Assembly (NCBI GenBank): GCA_044339985.1
Contig: JBIIUM010000001.1
Span: forward strand, 2,895-66,894
DNA length: 64,000 bases
DNA from: Burkholderiales bacterium
Lineage (GTDB): Bacteria > Pseudomonadota > Gammaproteobacteria > Burkholderiales > Ga0077523
Direction: 5' to 3'
This document shows positions 42,436 to 52,900 of this stretch, piece by piece. Each line of letters opens with the position of its first letter. Positions within the stretch are counted from its first letter, which is position 1. The notes beneath the pieces were generated by a model. That model did no database searches, had not been told where the DNA came from, and saw only the letters and a list, made by a program, of their open reading frames with translations. Position numbers and translations under genes: made by a program.

Positions 42436-43575
42436 ATGCAACGCTGCGAAGTCCTGGTGGTGGGAGGTGGTCCGGCGGGGTCCACCTGTGCGTGGCGGTT
42501 GCGCGAGGCCGGCCTGGACGTGATGGTGCTCGACAGGAAAGCCTTTCCCCGCGACAAGATCTGTGCTGGCTGGGTCACCCCCGCCGTGGTGCACGAACTG
42601 CAACTGGACCTGGACCACTACCGCGCCGACGGCCGTACCCTGCAACCCATCACTGGCTTTCGCACCGGCATCATTGGGGCGAAGGTGGTGAACACCACCT
42701 ACGATGAACCGGTGAGCTACGGCATCCGCCGCCACGAATTCGACGCCTATCTGCTGGCGCGCGCCGGCGTGCGGCTCGCGGAGCCAGCGCCACTGAAGTC
42801 GCTCGAGCGCGGCGATCAAGGCTGGATCGCCAACGGCACCCTGTCCGCCGCCATGGTGGTGGGCGCAGGCGGCCACTTCTGCCCCGTGGCGCGCCGCCTG
42901 GGGGCGCAACTTGGCCAAGCGGAGACCGTGGTGGCGGCCCAGGAGGTGGAGTTTCCGCTCTCCGACGCCCAGGCACGCCAGTGCGCCGCCGCGGGCGAGG
43001 TGCCCGAACTGTATTTCTGCCCCGACCTGAAGGGCTATGGTTGGGTGTTCCGCAAGGGCGGCTTCCTGAACGTGGGGCTGGGCCGTGAGGACAATCACAA
43101 GCTCTCCGAGCACGTGAGCGCGTTTCTGCGCTGGCTCAAGTCCGAGGGCCGCGTACCAGCGGATTCGCCCGAGAAGTTGGGCGGTCACGCCTATCTGCTC
43201 TACAACCATGCTCCACGCCCCTTCGTTGCCGATGGCGCAGTGCTCATCGGAGATGCGGCGGGCTTGGCGTACCCGCAGAGCGGGGAAGGCATTCGGCCGG
43301 CCGTGGAATCTGCCCTGATTGCCGCGGAGGTAATCACCCGGGCCGGCGGCGACTACTCCCGGGTACGCCTCGACCCCTATGAGCGCCGCATGCGGGAGCG
43401 CTTCGGCGCGCGCATGGCCAAATCGGCCTCGGACTACCTGCCCGAGGGTCTCAAGCGGCTGCTGGGCGCCGGACTCATGAGCAACCCGTGGTTCGCGCGC
43501 AAGGTGGTCATCGATAGTTGGTTCCTGCATGCCACCACCCCGGCACTCGAGCCGGCTGGCGTGGCAGCGTCTTGA
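42436..43575 (+). CDS. FAD-dependent oxidoreductase, geranylgeranyl-reductase family
   Basis: ATG at 42436, 1 nt after the cfa-like stop (42432-42434). Motifs VLVVGGGPAGSTCA, DKICAGWV and LIGDAAGLAYPQSGEGI. Confidence 0.8.
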   Translation: MQRCEVLVVGGGPAGSTCAWRLREAGLDVMVLDRKAFPRDKICAGWVTPAVVHELQLDLDHYRADGRTLQPITGFRTGIIGAKVVNTTYDEPVSYGIRRHEFDAYLLARAGVRLAEPAPLKSLERGDQGWIANGTLSAAMVVGAGGHFCPVARRLGAQLGQAETVVAAQEVEFPLSDAQARQCAAAGEVPELYFCPDLKGYGWVFRKGGFLNVGLGREDNHKLSEHVSAFLRWLKSEGRVPADSPEKLGGHAYLLYNHAPRPFVADGAVLIGDAAGLAYPQSGEGIRPAVESALIAAEVITRAGGDYSRVRLDPYERRMRERFGARMAKSASDYLPEGLKRLLGAGLMSNPWFARKVVIDSWFLHATTPALEPAGVAAS

Positions 43576-43651
43576 GCCGTTCCCCAAAGCGCCCACGGCC
43601 CGGGGGCGCGTGCCGCAAGGGGACGCCTTGAGCACGCGCGGAAGCACCGGG

Positions 43652-44377
43652 GTGCAGTCGACGCAACCGCGGCCCCAGGTTGTCGTGGTGGATGATGACC
43701 GCCGGCTGCGCGAACTGCTGGAGCGTTACCTGCGCTCCGAGGGCTTTGCCGTTCAATCCGTAACCGACGGGGCAGGACTGGACAGAGAACTCGCCGCGGG
43801 TCGTGTGGACCTCGTGGTGCTCGACCTCATGCTTCCCGGCGAAGATGGAATGACCATCTGCCGGCGGCTACGCGCCAGTGGCCAGCGGGTCGCGGTGATC
43901 ATGCTCACCGCAAAGGGGGACGAGACTGATCGCATCGCCGGGCTGGACGAGGGCGCGGATGACTATCTGGCCAAGCCATTCAACCCGCGCGAACTGGTGG
44001 CGCGCATGCACGCGGTGCTGCGACGCGCGGCCGCCCACCCTCCGTCAGCGGCCCCCATGGAGCGCGAAACTGAGATTCGCTTCGGTCGCTTCGTACTCAA
44101 CCTCGGCACGCGCCAACTCACCCGCGACGGCGAAACGGTATCCATCACCTCTGGCGAGTTTGCCCTGCTCAAGGCCATGACAGCCCACGCGGGCGCCACG
44201 CTTTCCCGGGAGCGGCTCATGGAGCTTGCCCGCGGCCGGGAAATCGGCCTTCTCGACCGCACCATCGACGTCCAGGTGTCGCGCCTGCGCAGGCTGATCG
44301 AGGACGACCCCTCGCACCCGCGATTCCTGCAGACGGTTTGGGGGCACGGCTACGTTTTCGTCCCCGGCGGGGACTGA
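43652..44377 (+). CDS. ompR: OmpR-family two-component response regulator
   Basis: GTG at 43652. VVVVDDDRRLRELLERYLRSEGF...DLMLPGEDG...LTAKG...ADDYLAKPFNPRELVARM closely follows OmpR. Confidence 0.9.
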   Translation: MQSTQPRPQVVVVDDDRRLRELLERYLRSEGFAVQSVTDGAGLDRELAAGRVDLVVLDLMLPGEDGMTICRRLRASGQRVAVIMLTAKGDETDRIAGLDEGADDYLAKPFNPRELVARMHAVLRRAAAHPPSAAPMERETEIRFGRFVLNLGTRQLTRDGETVSITSGEFALLKAMTAHAGATLSRERLMELARGREIGLLDRTIDVQVSRLRRLIEDDPSHPRFLQTVWGHGYVFVPGGD

Positions 44378-44379
44378 AC

Positions 44380-45717
44380 GTGCCCTGGCGCTGGCCGCTC
44401 CCGCGGGTTCTACCGCAGTCGTTGCTGGCGCGCTCGGTGCTGCTGATCAGCGCCATCCTGATCGCGAGCCAGGTGGCATGGATCGAGTTCACGCGCCTGT
44501 CCGCGCAGCGCAGCCAGTCGGCGCAGATCGCCTCGACTGTGGCCTCGGTGCTCAACACCGTGGCGGTGGCCCTGGAGAGCATGCCGGCGGCATCGCGCCG
44601 CAAGTTCATCGAAAAGCTGCCCGCGGCCATGCAGAACGTGCGGCTCCTGCCGGCCACCACCTGGGACGTGGACGAAGTGGCGGTGCCGCAATCGCCCCTG
44701 CTGGCGCCCATCAGCGAGCAATTGCACCGCCGCGGCGGCAGCGCCCAGGTGATCGCCGTTCTCGAAGACTCCGAACGCGCGCTATGGGTCAAGCTGCGCG
44801 TGCGAAACCAGGCCTGGTGGGTGGTTTTCCCGGCCGAAGCCCTCGGGCTGGGTCCGGCTGCCGCCTGGGCCGGCTGGAGCGTGGTGAGTCTGGCGCTGGC
44901 CCTGGCCGGGGGGCTGGCGCTGATGCTGCGCGTGAACCGGCCGTTGCGGGCTCTCACCAAGGCGGCCGCAGACATTGCCGAGGGCAAGACACCCGCTCCC
45001 CTGCCCGAGCACGGCCCCTCGGAGATTCGCACCCTGTCCCAGGCCTTCAACCGCATGAGCGGTGCGCTGCGCGCACAGGAGTCCAACCGCGCGGTGCTGC
45101 TGGCCGGGGTCTCCCACGACCTGCGCACACCCCTGTCACGCCTGCGCCTGGCGCTGGAACTCAGCCGCGAGGGTATCGATCCCTCGGTACGCGAAGGCAT
45201 GCAGGCGGATATCGAGGACATGGACGCCATCATCAACCAGTTCCTGGATTTCGCCCGTGAGGCGGCAGCCGAGCAGCCGCAAGCGCGCGCCGACCTCAAC
45301 GCCCTGGTGCAAGCCTTGGCCGATCGCTACTGCCGCCGGGGCCAGCCAGTGCAAACGCAGCTCACGGCGCTCCCGCCCCTGGAACTCAAGCCCATGGCGA
45401 TGCAGCGCATGATCACCAACCTGGTGGACAACGCCTTGCGCTACGGCGCCGGCAGTGTGGAGATCGAAACCAGCCAGGACGGTGCGGTGGCGGTGCTCAA
45501 GGTGCTCGACCGTGGCCCCGGCATCCCGGAACAGGACGTGGAGCGCGTGATGCAACCCTTCACACGCCTTGATCAGGCGCGCAGCGACGTGCAGGGCGCC
45601 GGGCTTGGCCTGGCCATCGTGGATCGGGTGGCGCGCATGCACGGGGGCCGGGTTCAACTGGCCCAAAGGCAGGGCGGCGGTCTGGAGGCGCGGGTGGAAC
45701 TGCCCGTGCCCGCCTGA
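44380..45717 (+). CDS. envZ: EnvZ-like sensor histidine kinase
   Basis: GTG at 44380, 2 nt after the ompR stop. Two TM segments, a HAMP domain, H-box SHDLRTPLSR, and the N and G boxes NALRYG and GLGLAIV. Confidence 0.85.
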   Translation: MPWRWPLPRVLPQSLLARSVLLISAILIASQVAWIEFTRLSAQRSQSAQIASTVASVLNTVAVALESMPAASRRKFIEKLPAAMQNVRLLPATTWDVDEVAVPQSPLLAPISEQLHRRGGSAQVIAVLEDSERALWVKLRVRNQAWWVVFPAEALGLGPAAAWAGWSVVSLALALAGGLALMLRVNRPLRALTKAAADIAEGKTPAPLPEHGPSEIRTLSQAFNRMSGALRAQESNRAVLLAGVSHDLRTPLSRLRLALELSREGIDPSVREGMQADIEDMDAIINQFLDFAREAAAEQPQARADLNALVQALADRYCRRGQPVQTQLTALPPLELKPMAMQRMITNLVDNALRYGAGSVEIETSQDGAVAVLKVLDRGPGIPEQDVERVMQPFTRLDQARSDVQGAGLGLAIVDRVARMHGGRVQLAQRQGGGLEARVELPVPA

Positions 45718-45761
45718 GGGCGCCCCAGGGCGACGTCAAGCCCAGCCTGCTGCAACACGCG

Positions 45762-46190
45762 TCAGGGAAGCTGGGACGGCCCGGCCTTTCCTTCACCCCC
45801 ATCGGCCTCGAAACGCAGCGACAGGGAGTTGAGGCAGTAGCGCAGACCGGTGGGCGGCGGCCCGTCCGGAAACACATGCCCGAGGTGGGCATCGCAGCGC
45901 GCGCAGGTCACTTCCACGCGCTCCATGCCATGGGAGAGGTCGCGGTGGTTGTCCACGTGACCAGGGGCCAGGGGCGCCGTGAAGCTGGGCCATCCGGTGC
46001 CGGAGTCGAACTTTGCGGCGGCGTCGAACAACGGCAAATCGCAGCACACGCAGCGGAAGATGCCGCGGCCGTGGTGATCCCAGAACGCACCGCAGAAGGG
46101 GCGCTCGGTTCCCTGCCGCCGGGTGACTTGGAACTGCTCGGGCGTGAGCTGGGCGCGCCATTGCGCGTCGGTCTTGCGGATTTTTTCCAT
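45762..46190 (-). CDS. msrB: peptide-methionine (R)-S-oxide reductase
   Basis: 142 aa with motifs CVCC, CARC, GHVF and RYCLNS. Confidence 0.95.
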   Translation of the reverse strand: MEKIRKTDAQWRAQLTPEQFQVTRRQGTERPFCGAFWDHHGRGIFRCVCCDLPLFDAAAKFDSGTGWPSFTAPLAPGHVDNHRDLSHGMERVEVTCARCDAHLGHVFPDGPPPTGLRYCLNSLSLRFEADGGEGKAGPSQLP

Positions 46191-46228
46191 GGGCCTGTCC
46201 TTCGCCGTTCACCCGCTGCCGGAACTGG

Positions 46229-46780
46229 TCAGCGATCCTCACCTTGGAGGGCGAAACGCCCCAGGGGTTCGTAGTCGGCGCCCTGGGGCGAGAGGCGCGA
46301 GCGCACCAGGCGCCAGTGCCGCACGGACCAGGCCAGCGGCTCGATCGCGCCTTCGGCCAGCGGCGCGCGCACCCGGCGCAGCAGGCTCACATGGGGCCGA
46401 AAGGCGCGCGGGTCGGAAGCAAAGCCCAGCGATTCGAGCCACGACCACAGACGCTGCTGAAGCAGCGCCAGGGCCGGGGGCATGCTCGCCGGCGCCAGCC
46501 AGGCGATGCCGTTGTGGGGCCACACGCCGCAGCGATCCAGGCGCAGATCGAAGCACGGCGCAGTCACCGCGGGCGGTGGGGCGGCGAGTTGTGCCAGGCT
46601 CGCGCATCCCACCTCGCCCAGGAAAGCCAGGGTGAGATGCAGCGTTCCCGGACGGACGAGCCGTCCGCCCACCACCGCTTCCAACCGTGCGCCATGGGCT
46701 CCAATGGCACGCGCCAGACCGGCGTCTGGCCACAGGGCATAGAAGACCCGCGCCCGAGGCGCTGCATCCGGTTCGACCAA
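46229..46780 (-). CDS. thpR: RNA 2',3'-cyclic phosphodiesterase (2H family, LigT/ThpR)
   Basis: 183 aa with two H-x-(T/S)-x motifs (HLTLAF, HVSLLR). Confidence 0.85.
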   Translation of the reverse strand: MVEPDAAPRARVFYALWPDAGLARAIGAHGARLEAVVGGRLVRPGTLHLTLAFLGEVGCASLAQLAAPPPAVTAPCFDLRLDRCGVWPHNGIAWLAPASMPPALALLQQRLWSWLESLGFASDPRAFRPHVSLLRRVRAPLAEGAIEPLAWSVRHWRLVRSRLSPQGADYEPLGRFALQGEDR

Positions 46781-46792
46781 CCTTGCTGGCTC

Positions 46793-47275
46793 TCAGTCGC
46801 GGCGCAGCAGAACCACCGCTTCCGCGGCGATACCCTCGCCCCGGCCGGTAAAGCCCAGACGCTCGGTGGTCTTGGCCTTCACGTTCACCTCACCCGGGGC
46901 GAGCCCCAGGTCGGCGGCGATGTTGGCCACCATGGCGGCCACATGGGGCGCCATGCGCGGCGCCTGGGCGATGATGGTGCAGTCCGCATTGGCCACCTGC
47001 CAGCCCGCGGCGCGCACCAACTCGCAGGCGTGGCGCAGCAGCGCGCGGCTGTCGGCGCCTGCCCAGGCGGGATCGGTGTCGGGAAAATGGCGGCCGATGT
47101 CGCCCAGCGCCGCGGCCCCCAGCAGCGCGTCGGTCAGGGCGTGCAGCAGCACATCGGCATCGGAGTGGCCCAGCAGGCCGCGGGGGTGATCGATGGTGAC
47201 GCCACCGATCACCAGCGCCCTGCCGGGTACCAGGGCATGGACATCGAACCCCTGCCCCACGCGCAGTTGCGTCAT
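46793..47275 (-). CDS. ispF: 2-C-methyl-D-erythritol 2,4-cyclodiphosphate synthase
   Basis: Internal ATG at 47275 ([15 protein letters not shown]), giving 160 aa. ATGA overlap with the ispD stop. Confidence 0.95.
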   Translation of the reverse strand: MTQLRVGQGFDVHALVPGRALVIGGVTIDHPRGLLGHSDADVLLHALTDALLGAAALGDIGRHFPDTDPAWAGADSRALLRHACELVRAAGWQVANADCTIIAQAPRMAPHVAAMVANIAADLGLAPGEVNVKAKTTERLGFTGRGEGIAAEAVVLLRRD

Positions 47276-48015
47276 GGGGACCTCCCAGCGGCGGCGAGAA
47301 TGCAGGCCGCCAGCGCGGCATCGCCGCTCCAGGTCACTTTCAGGTTGGTCAAGTCTCCCTCCACCAGCAACGGTCGGTGCCCGAGCGCCTGCACCGCCGA
47401 GGCTTCGTCGGTGACGGTGGCCGGATCGGCCGATTCGAGGGCTTCGAGCAGCAAGCCGAAGCGGAACATCTGCGGCGTCTGGGCGAGCCACAGACCATGA
47501 CGATCCACCGTGCCGGCGATGCGCAGTGCCTCGTCCTGGGCCTTGACCGTGTCGGCCACCGGCAGCGCCAGGATGCCACCCACGGCATCGGGCAGCACAG
47601 CCTCCACCAGCCGGTGGATGAGCGTGGCCCTCAGACACGGGCGCGCGGCATCGTGCACCAGCACCCAATCGGATTCAGCCGCTTCGCCGCGCAACGCACG
47701 CAGGCCGTTGCGCACCGACTCGGCGCGCGTGGCACCGCCCACCCGCAGCGCCCGTGCGTGGGCATGCAGGTCATTGCCCATGGCGGCCTCGAACAGCGTG
47801 TCGTGGGGTGCAAGCACCACGTGGATGGCATGGAGCCGGGGGCTGGAGGCCAGCGCATCGAGGGTGTGTCGCAACAGCGGCTTGCCCGCCAGCGGCAAGT
47901 ACTGCTTGGGGAGTGCATGGCCCAGGCGGCTGCCGCTACCGGCGGCGGGCACCAGCGCGTGCAGGCGCGGCGAAGTGGAATTGGCGGTATCCAAGATGGC
48001 GAGATTATCCCGCAA
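47272..48015 (-). CDS. ispD: 2-C-methyl-D-erythritol 4-phosphate cytidylyltransferase
   Basis: 247 aa with motifs [11 protein letters not shown] and VHDAARP. The start may lie a few codons downstream. Confidence 0.9.
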   Translation of the reverse strand: MRDNLAILDTANSTSPRLHALVPAAGSGSRLGHALPKQYLPLAGKPLLRHTLDALASSPRLHAIHVVLAPHDTLFEAAMGNDLHAHARALRVGGATRAESVRNGLRALRGEAAESDWVLVHDAARPCLRATLIHRLVEAVLPDAVGGILALPVADTVKAQDEALRIAGTVDRHGLWLAQTPQMFRFGLLLEALESADPATVTDEASAVQALGHRPLLVEGDLTNLKVTWSGDAALAACILAAAGRSP

Positions 48016-48083
48016 CCTCGCGGCGGGGCAGTTCGGAGCCGGAGTCTATAATCCGCGCCCTTTTTGGCACCCCTCTCTTTGAA

Positions 48084-51000
48084 TTGCTTCCCTCTGCCGT
48101 AAACGCCCCCTTGCTCGCCGCGCCGCCCCCCGGCCAACGCGGTACCGCGGCGCCGCTGGCCGGATCGGCCGATGCCCTGGCGCTCGCGCGCCTGGCTGCG
48201 CGGGCGCGACCGCTGGCCATCGTCACCGCCGACGCCGCTGACGCCCGCCGTCTCGTGGAGGAGATGCGCTGGTTCGCGCCCGGCCTGGCAGTGCACCTGC
48301 TACCCGACTGGGAGACGCTGCCCTACGACAGTTTTTCGCCTCACCAGGATCTGGTGTCGGAGCGGCTCGAAACTCTGCACCTGCTCTCCCAGGGCAAGGT
48401 GGACGCCGTGATCGTGCCGTTGAGCACCGCGCTGCTGCGACTGCCGCCACGACAGTACCTGGCCGCCTACACGTTTTTCTTCCGCGAGGGCGAGCGCCTG
48501 GATTCAGCGCGCTTCCGCGAACAGCTCGCCATGGCCGGGTACAGCCACGTGTCCCAGGTGGTGGCGCCGGGCGAATTCAGTTTTCGCGGCGGCCTGATCG
48601 ACCTGTTCCCCATGGGATCGGCGCTGCCCTACCGCATCGATCTGCTGGATGAGGAGATCGAGACCATCCGTGCCTTCGACGTGGATACCCAGCGCTCGGT
48701 TTACCCCGTGCGCGAGGTGCGGCTGCTGCCGGCGCGCGAGTTTCCCATGGACGAGGCCGGACGCACGCTCTTCAGGCGCCGCTTCCGCGAAGAGTTCGAA
48801 GGCGATCCCTCGCGCCGCCGGGTATACCGCGACGTGGGCAACGCCGTGGCGCCGCCTGGCGTGGAGTACTACCTGCCGCTGTTCTTCGAGGGCACCGCAG
48901 TGCTGGCCGACTACCTGGGCGCCTCGGCCACCGTGGTGTTGCACGGCGACGCTGCCACGGCCTTGCGCAGCTTCTGGGCTGATACCCAATCGCGCTACCA
49001 GTTGCTGCGCGGAGACGGCGACCAGCCCCTGCTGCCACCCGCGGCGCTGTACCTGCGCGAGGACGAATTCTTCGGCATGGTGAAGCCCTTCGCGCGGCTG
49101 GAGGTGCCACGCGGCCAGCCGGCAGCGGAACAGGACTCGCCGGCCCCTGCGTTGCCACCGCTGGCCGTGGACCGGCGCGCCGCGGATCCGCTGGGCGCCT
49201 TGCGGACCTTCACGGGCCGTTTCGCGGGACGTGTGCTGTTGGCGGCCGACAGCCCCGGGCGGCGCGAAACCATGATGGAACTGCTGGCGGAGCACGGCAT
49301 GGCGCCCGCGCTGGTGGAGGACTTTGATGCCTTCACCCGCGCCACGGCGCCGCTGGCGCTGTGCGTGGCGCCGCTCGCCGAGGGCTTCATACTGCCCGGA
49401 GAAGGTCTGGCGGTCATCACCGAAGCCGAGTTGTACGCAGCCACTGCGCGCCGTCGCGGGGCGCGCGAGCGCGAGCGCCGCACCTCGGCGGAGAACGTGC
49501 TGCGCGATCTCTCCGAGGTGAAGGTGGGCGACCCGGTGGTGCACGAAAGCCATGGCATCGGCCGCTATCTCGGCCTGGTCACCATGGATCACGGCGAGGG
49601 GCCCGGGGAGTTCCTGCTGCTTGAATACGAGGGCGGCGACCGGCTGTACGTGCCGGTGTCGCAGTTGCAGCTCATCAGCCGCTACGCCGGCGTGTCGCCG
49701 GAGAACGCGCCGCTGCACAAGCTGGGCAGCAGCGACTGGCAGAAGGCGCGCCGCCGCGCCGCGCGGCAGGTGCGCGACACCGCGGCCGAGCTGCTGCACC
49801 TGTATGCGCAGCGCGCGGCGCGCACGGGCCACGCCTTCAAGCTGCGGCATCAGGACTATGAGTCCTTCGCGGCGGGTTTCCCCTTCGAGGAAACGCCCGA
49901 CCAGGCGGCAGCCATCCAGGCGGTCATTGCCGACCTGGAAAGCGGCCGGCCCATGGACCGCCTCATTTGCGGCGACGTGGGCTTCGGCAAGACCGAGGTG
50001 GCGCTGCGCGCGGCCTTCGTGGCGGTGGCCGACGGCAAGCAGGTGGCGGTGCTGGTGCCCACCACGCTGCTCGCCGAACAGCACTTCCAGAGCTTCGCCG
50101 ATCGCTTTTCCGAGTGGCCGGTGAAGGTGGCCGAGCTGTCGCGGTTCCGCTCGGCGAAGGAATCGGCCGCGGTGCTGGCAGGCATCACGGCCGGCACGGT
50201 GGATATCGTCATCGGCACCCACAAGTTGTTGTCGGAAGGCGTGAACTTCGCGCGGCTGGGCTTGGTGATCATCGACGAGGAACATCGCTTCGGCGTGCGC
50301 CAGAAGGAGCGCCTCAAGGCGCTGCGCGCCGAGGTGGACGTGCTCACCCTCACCGCCACGCCGATCCCGCGCACGCTGGCGCTGTCGCTGGAGGGGCTGC
50401 GCGAGTTTTCGGTGATCGCCACAGCGCCCCAGAAGCGCCTCGCCATCAAGACCTTCGTATCGCGCTTCTCCGATGGGCTGGTGCGCGAGGCGGTTCTGCG
50501 CGAACTCAAGCGCGGCGGGCAGGTGTACTTCCTTCACAACGAGGTGGAAACCATCGGCAACTGGGAGGCCAAGCTCACCACACTGCTGCCAGAAGCACGC
50601 ATCCGCGTGGCCCACGGGCAGATGGGCGAGCGCGACCTGGAGGCCGCCATGCGGGACTTCTACGCCGGCCGCTTCAATGTGCTGTTGTGCACCACCATCA
50701 TCGAAACGGGCATCGACGTTCCCAGCGCCAACACCATCCTCATCAACCGCGCCGATCGCTTCGGTCTGGCGCAACTGCACCAGTTGCGCGGCCGCGTGGG
50801 CCGCTCCCACCACCAGGCCTACGCCTATCTGCTCACCCCTGGCGAGGACGCCCTCGGCACGCAGGCGAAGAAGCGCCTCGAGGCCATCACGCTGATGGAT
50901 GAGCTGGGCGCAGGCTTCTACCTGGCCATGCACGACCTGGAGATCCGCGGCGCGGGTGAAGTGCTGGGCGAAAACCAGAGCGGCGAGATGCAGCAGGTGG

Positions 51001-51578
51001 GCTTCAGCCTCTACATCGATCTGCTCAATCGCGCGGTGAAATCGCTCAAGGCCGGTCGCGAGCCCGACCTGGAGGGGCCGCTGCACGCAGGCGTGGAGAT
51101 CCGGCTGCACACCCCCGCGCTGCTGCCAGCGGACTGGTGCACCGATGTGCACGAGCGCCTGGTGCTCTACAAGCGGCTGGCGGGCTGCGAGAGCACCCAA
51201 GCCCTGGACGCGCTGACCGAGGAGCTGGTGGACCGCTTCGGCCGTCCCGTGGACGCCGTGAAGGCGCTGCTGGACACCCACCGGCTGCGCATCCTGGCCG
51301 AGCCCCTGGGCGTGGCGAAAATCGACGCGGCGCCCGAGGCGCTCACGCTGCAATTCCGGCCCAGCCCGCCCATCGACCCGGCGCGCATCCTGCAGCTCAT
51401 TCAAACGCGCAAGGGCTGGCGCCTGTCCGGACCGGAGCGCCTGCGCATTGATTCCGCGCTCTCGGAGCCGGGCATGCGGGTGGCGCGGTTGAAGCAGGTG
51501 CTGGCGGACCTTGCCGCACCGGTCGCCGGGGGTGAGGGCCCGCCCGCCGTGGGCTCCGCAGCCCAAAAGCCGGGCTAG
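48084..51578 (+). CDS. mfd: transcription-repair coupling factor
   Basis: In the frame of ORF 47754..51578; the TTG start at 48084 is inferred. Has UvrB-homology, CarD-like, DEAD/DEAH helicase (GDVGFGKTEVA, IIDEEHRFG) and TRG motifs. Confidence 0.95.
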   Translation: MLPSAVNAPLLAAPPPGQRGTAAPLAGSADALALARLAARARPLAIVTADAADARRLVEEMRWFAPGLAVHLLPDWETLPYDSFSPHQDLVSERLETLHLLSQGKVDAVIVPLSTALLRLPPRQYLAAYTFFFREGERLDSARFREQLAMAGYSHVSQVVAPGEFSFRGGLIDLFPMGSALPYRIDLLDEEIETIRAFDVDTQRSVYPVREVRLLPAREFPMDEAGRTLFRRRFREEFEGDPSRRRVYRDVGNAVAPPGVEYYLPLFFEGTAVLADYLGASATVVLHGDAATALRSFWADTQSRYQLLRGDGDQPLLPPAALYLREDEFFGMVKPFARLEVPRGQPAAEQDSPAPALPPLAVDRRAADPLGALRTFTGRFAGRVLLAADSPGRRETMMELLAEHGMAPALVEDFDAFTRATAPLALCVAPLAEGFILPGEGLAVITEAELYAATARRRGARERERRTSAENVLRDLSEVKVGDPVVHESHGIGRYLGLVTMDHGEGPGEFLLLEYEGGDRLYVPVSQLQLISRYAGVSPENAPLHKLGSSDWQKARRRAARQVRDTAAELLHLYAQRAARTGHAFKLRHQDYESFAAGFPFEETPDQAAAIQAVIADLESGRPMDRLICGDVGFGKTEVALRAAFVAVADGKQVAVLVPTTLLAEQHFQSFADRFSEWPVKVAELSRFRSAKESAAVLAGITAGTVDIVIGTHKLLSEGVNFARLGLVIIDEEHRFGVRQKERLKALRAEVDVLTLTATPIPRTLALSLEGLREFSVIATAPQKRLAIKTFVSRFSDGLVREAVLRELKRGGQVYFLHNEVETIGNWEAKLTTLLPEARIRVAHGQMGERDLEAAMRDFYAGRFNVLLCTTIIETGIDVPSANTILINRADRFGLAQLHQLRGRVGRSHHQAYAYLLTPGEDALGTQAKKRLEAITLMDELGAGFYLAMHDLEIRGAGEVLGENQSGEMQQVGFSLYIDLLNRAVKSLKAGREPDLEGPLHAGVEIRLHTPALLPADWCTDVHERLVLYKRLAGCESTQALDALTEELVDRFGRPVDAVKALLDTHRLRILAEPLGVAKIDAAPEALTLQFRPSPPIDPARILQLIQTRKGWRLSGPERLRIDSALSEPGMRVARLKQVLADLAAPVAGGEGPPAVGSAAQKPG

Positions 51579-51585
51579 CGGCGTT

Positions 51586-52887
51586 TTACAAAAACTGGAA
51601 CAGGCTCAGGCCCTGCACCCGCAGGAAGGACTTTTGCGCCGCTTCGAGGCTGACCTGCTGGAATGTCAGTTCGCTGATGGCTTTGTTGTAGTCCAGGCCG
51701 GTGAGTTGGGACAGGGTGCGTTCATGCTGCAATTGCAGGTCGTCGGCGCCGCTCTTGGCGGTATCGATCTGGCGCATGCGCGCCCCGACGCCCGCCCGCA
51801 CGGTCAGATTCACCTCCAGGGCGTTGTCCAACTCCGTGAGCGCAGTGTTCACGGCGTTGGTCACCCGGGTGGCTCCAGTGGCGCCGGCCTGGCTGGACTC
51901 GAGCGCCTGGATCAGGTTCCAGACGGTGCTGAAGACGTCCTGTTCGGTGGAGGAGGTTACCGAGAAGGCATCGCCGCTGGCGGGCTGGCCCTGCACCGAT
52001 AGCTGGAATCCAAAGTCGAAGGCCGCGGGGTTCGTGTCCGGGGGCGTCTGGCGGGCGCCGATAATGGCCGCGCCCGGCTGGAAGGTCCGCAGGTAAGGAC
52101 CGGCGGCTGGCGCGGCGCCCGTGGTGAGAGACAGGTTGTTCACCGTGTCCACGATGTCATAGGTGGTCACGGACGGCACGGCAGAGTCGCGGAAGAAACG
52201 CACCTCGAAACTGCCCGGATTGCCGGGCGCGGCCCAGGCGGCCGCATCGCGCACCACCCCCGCATCCACCACACCCGTGCCGGTGTTGGCGGCGCCCGCC
52301 GCGGTCTGAAAAGTGCCATTGCCGGTGCGGATGCGCTGGAACACCTCGCTGCCGGCAGCGCTCACGGCAACCTGGGCCGAGGCGCCTATCTGGATCTCGC
52401 GGCTGCCCTGATCGCCGTTGTAGGCCACCGTTCCGGGAGCTGTCTCGGTGAAAGGCTGGGTGGCACCCCGATAGCCCGAAAACAGAAACAACCCGTTGCT
52501 GTCGGTGGTATTGGCGATGCCCAGCAATTCCCCGTACCGCTCGCGCAACTCCGTGGCGATGCTCTTGCGGTCATTGGCCGTGAGGGAGCCATTGCCGGCA
52601 TTCACCGCCAGGACCCTCACATCCTGCAGCAGGGTCGTATAGCGCTGCAGGGCGTCCTCGGTGAGACCGATGGCGGCGGTGGCCGATTCGGTGTTGCGCG
52701 CGAACTGGGCCGTAATGGCCTTGCTTTGGGAGACCTCCAGGGCGCGGCCGGCGGACACCGGATCATCCGCGGGCGTGAGCACCCGCCGTCCCGTGGATAT
52801 CTGCTCCTGCACCTTGAGAAGCTCTGACTGGTTACGCTGGATGTTGAACACACCCTGGTCATAGATGGTGGCGGTGCTCACGCGCAT
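51586..52887 (-). CDS. flgL: flagellar hook-associated protein 3 (hook-filament junction)
   Basis: ATG at 52887 (MRVSTATIYDQGVFNIQRNQSELLKVQEQISTGRRV). Flagellin-like N- and C-termini. Confidence 0.85.
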   Translation of the reverse strand: MRVSTATIYDQGVFNIQRNQSELLKVQEQISTGRRVLTPADDPVSAGRALEVSQSKAITAQFARNTESATAAIGLTEDALQRYTTLLQDVRVLAVNAGNGSLTANDRKSIATELRERYGELLGIANTTDSNGLFLFSGYRGATQPFTETAPGTVAYNGDQGSREIQIGASAQVAVSAAGSEVFQRIRTGNGTFQTAAGAANTGTGVVDAGVVRDAAAWAAPGNPGSFEVRFFRDSAVPSVTTYDIVDTVNNLSLTTGAAPAAGPYLRTFQPGAAIIGARQTPPDTNPAAFDFGFQLSVQGQPASGDAFSVTSSTEQDVFSTVWNLIQALESSQAGATGATRVTNAVNTALTELDNALEVNLTVRAGVGARMRQIDTAKSGADDLQLQHERTLSQLTGLDYNKAISELTFQQVSLEAAQKSFLRVQGLSLFQFL

Positions 52888-52900
52888 GGCAATGCTCCGT

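Noticed and set aside
39723-42523. 587-aa minus-strand and 761-aa plus-strand ORFs spanning the tartrate-dehydrogenase-like and cfa-like genes
   Set aside because: They are out of frame or antisense to genes with strong family motifs. Their translations are Arg/Pro/Gly-rich and lack motifs.
48504-51566. 1020-aa minus-strand ORF
   Set aside because: It is exactly antisense to mfd. It has no recognisable motifs, and its composition is dominated by R, A, G and H, so it is a shadow ORF.
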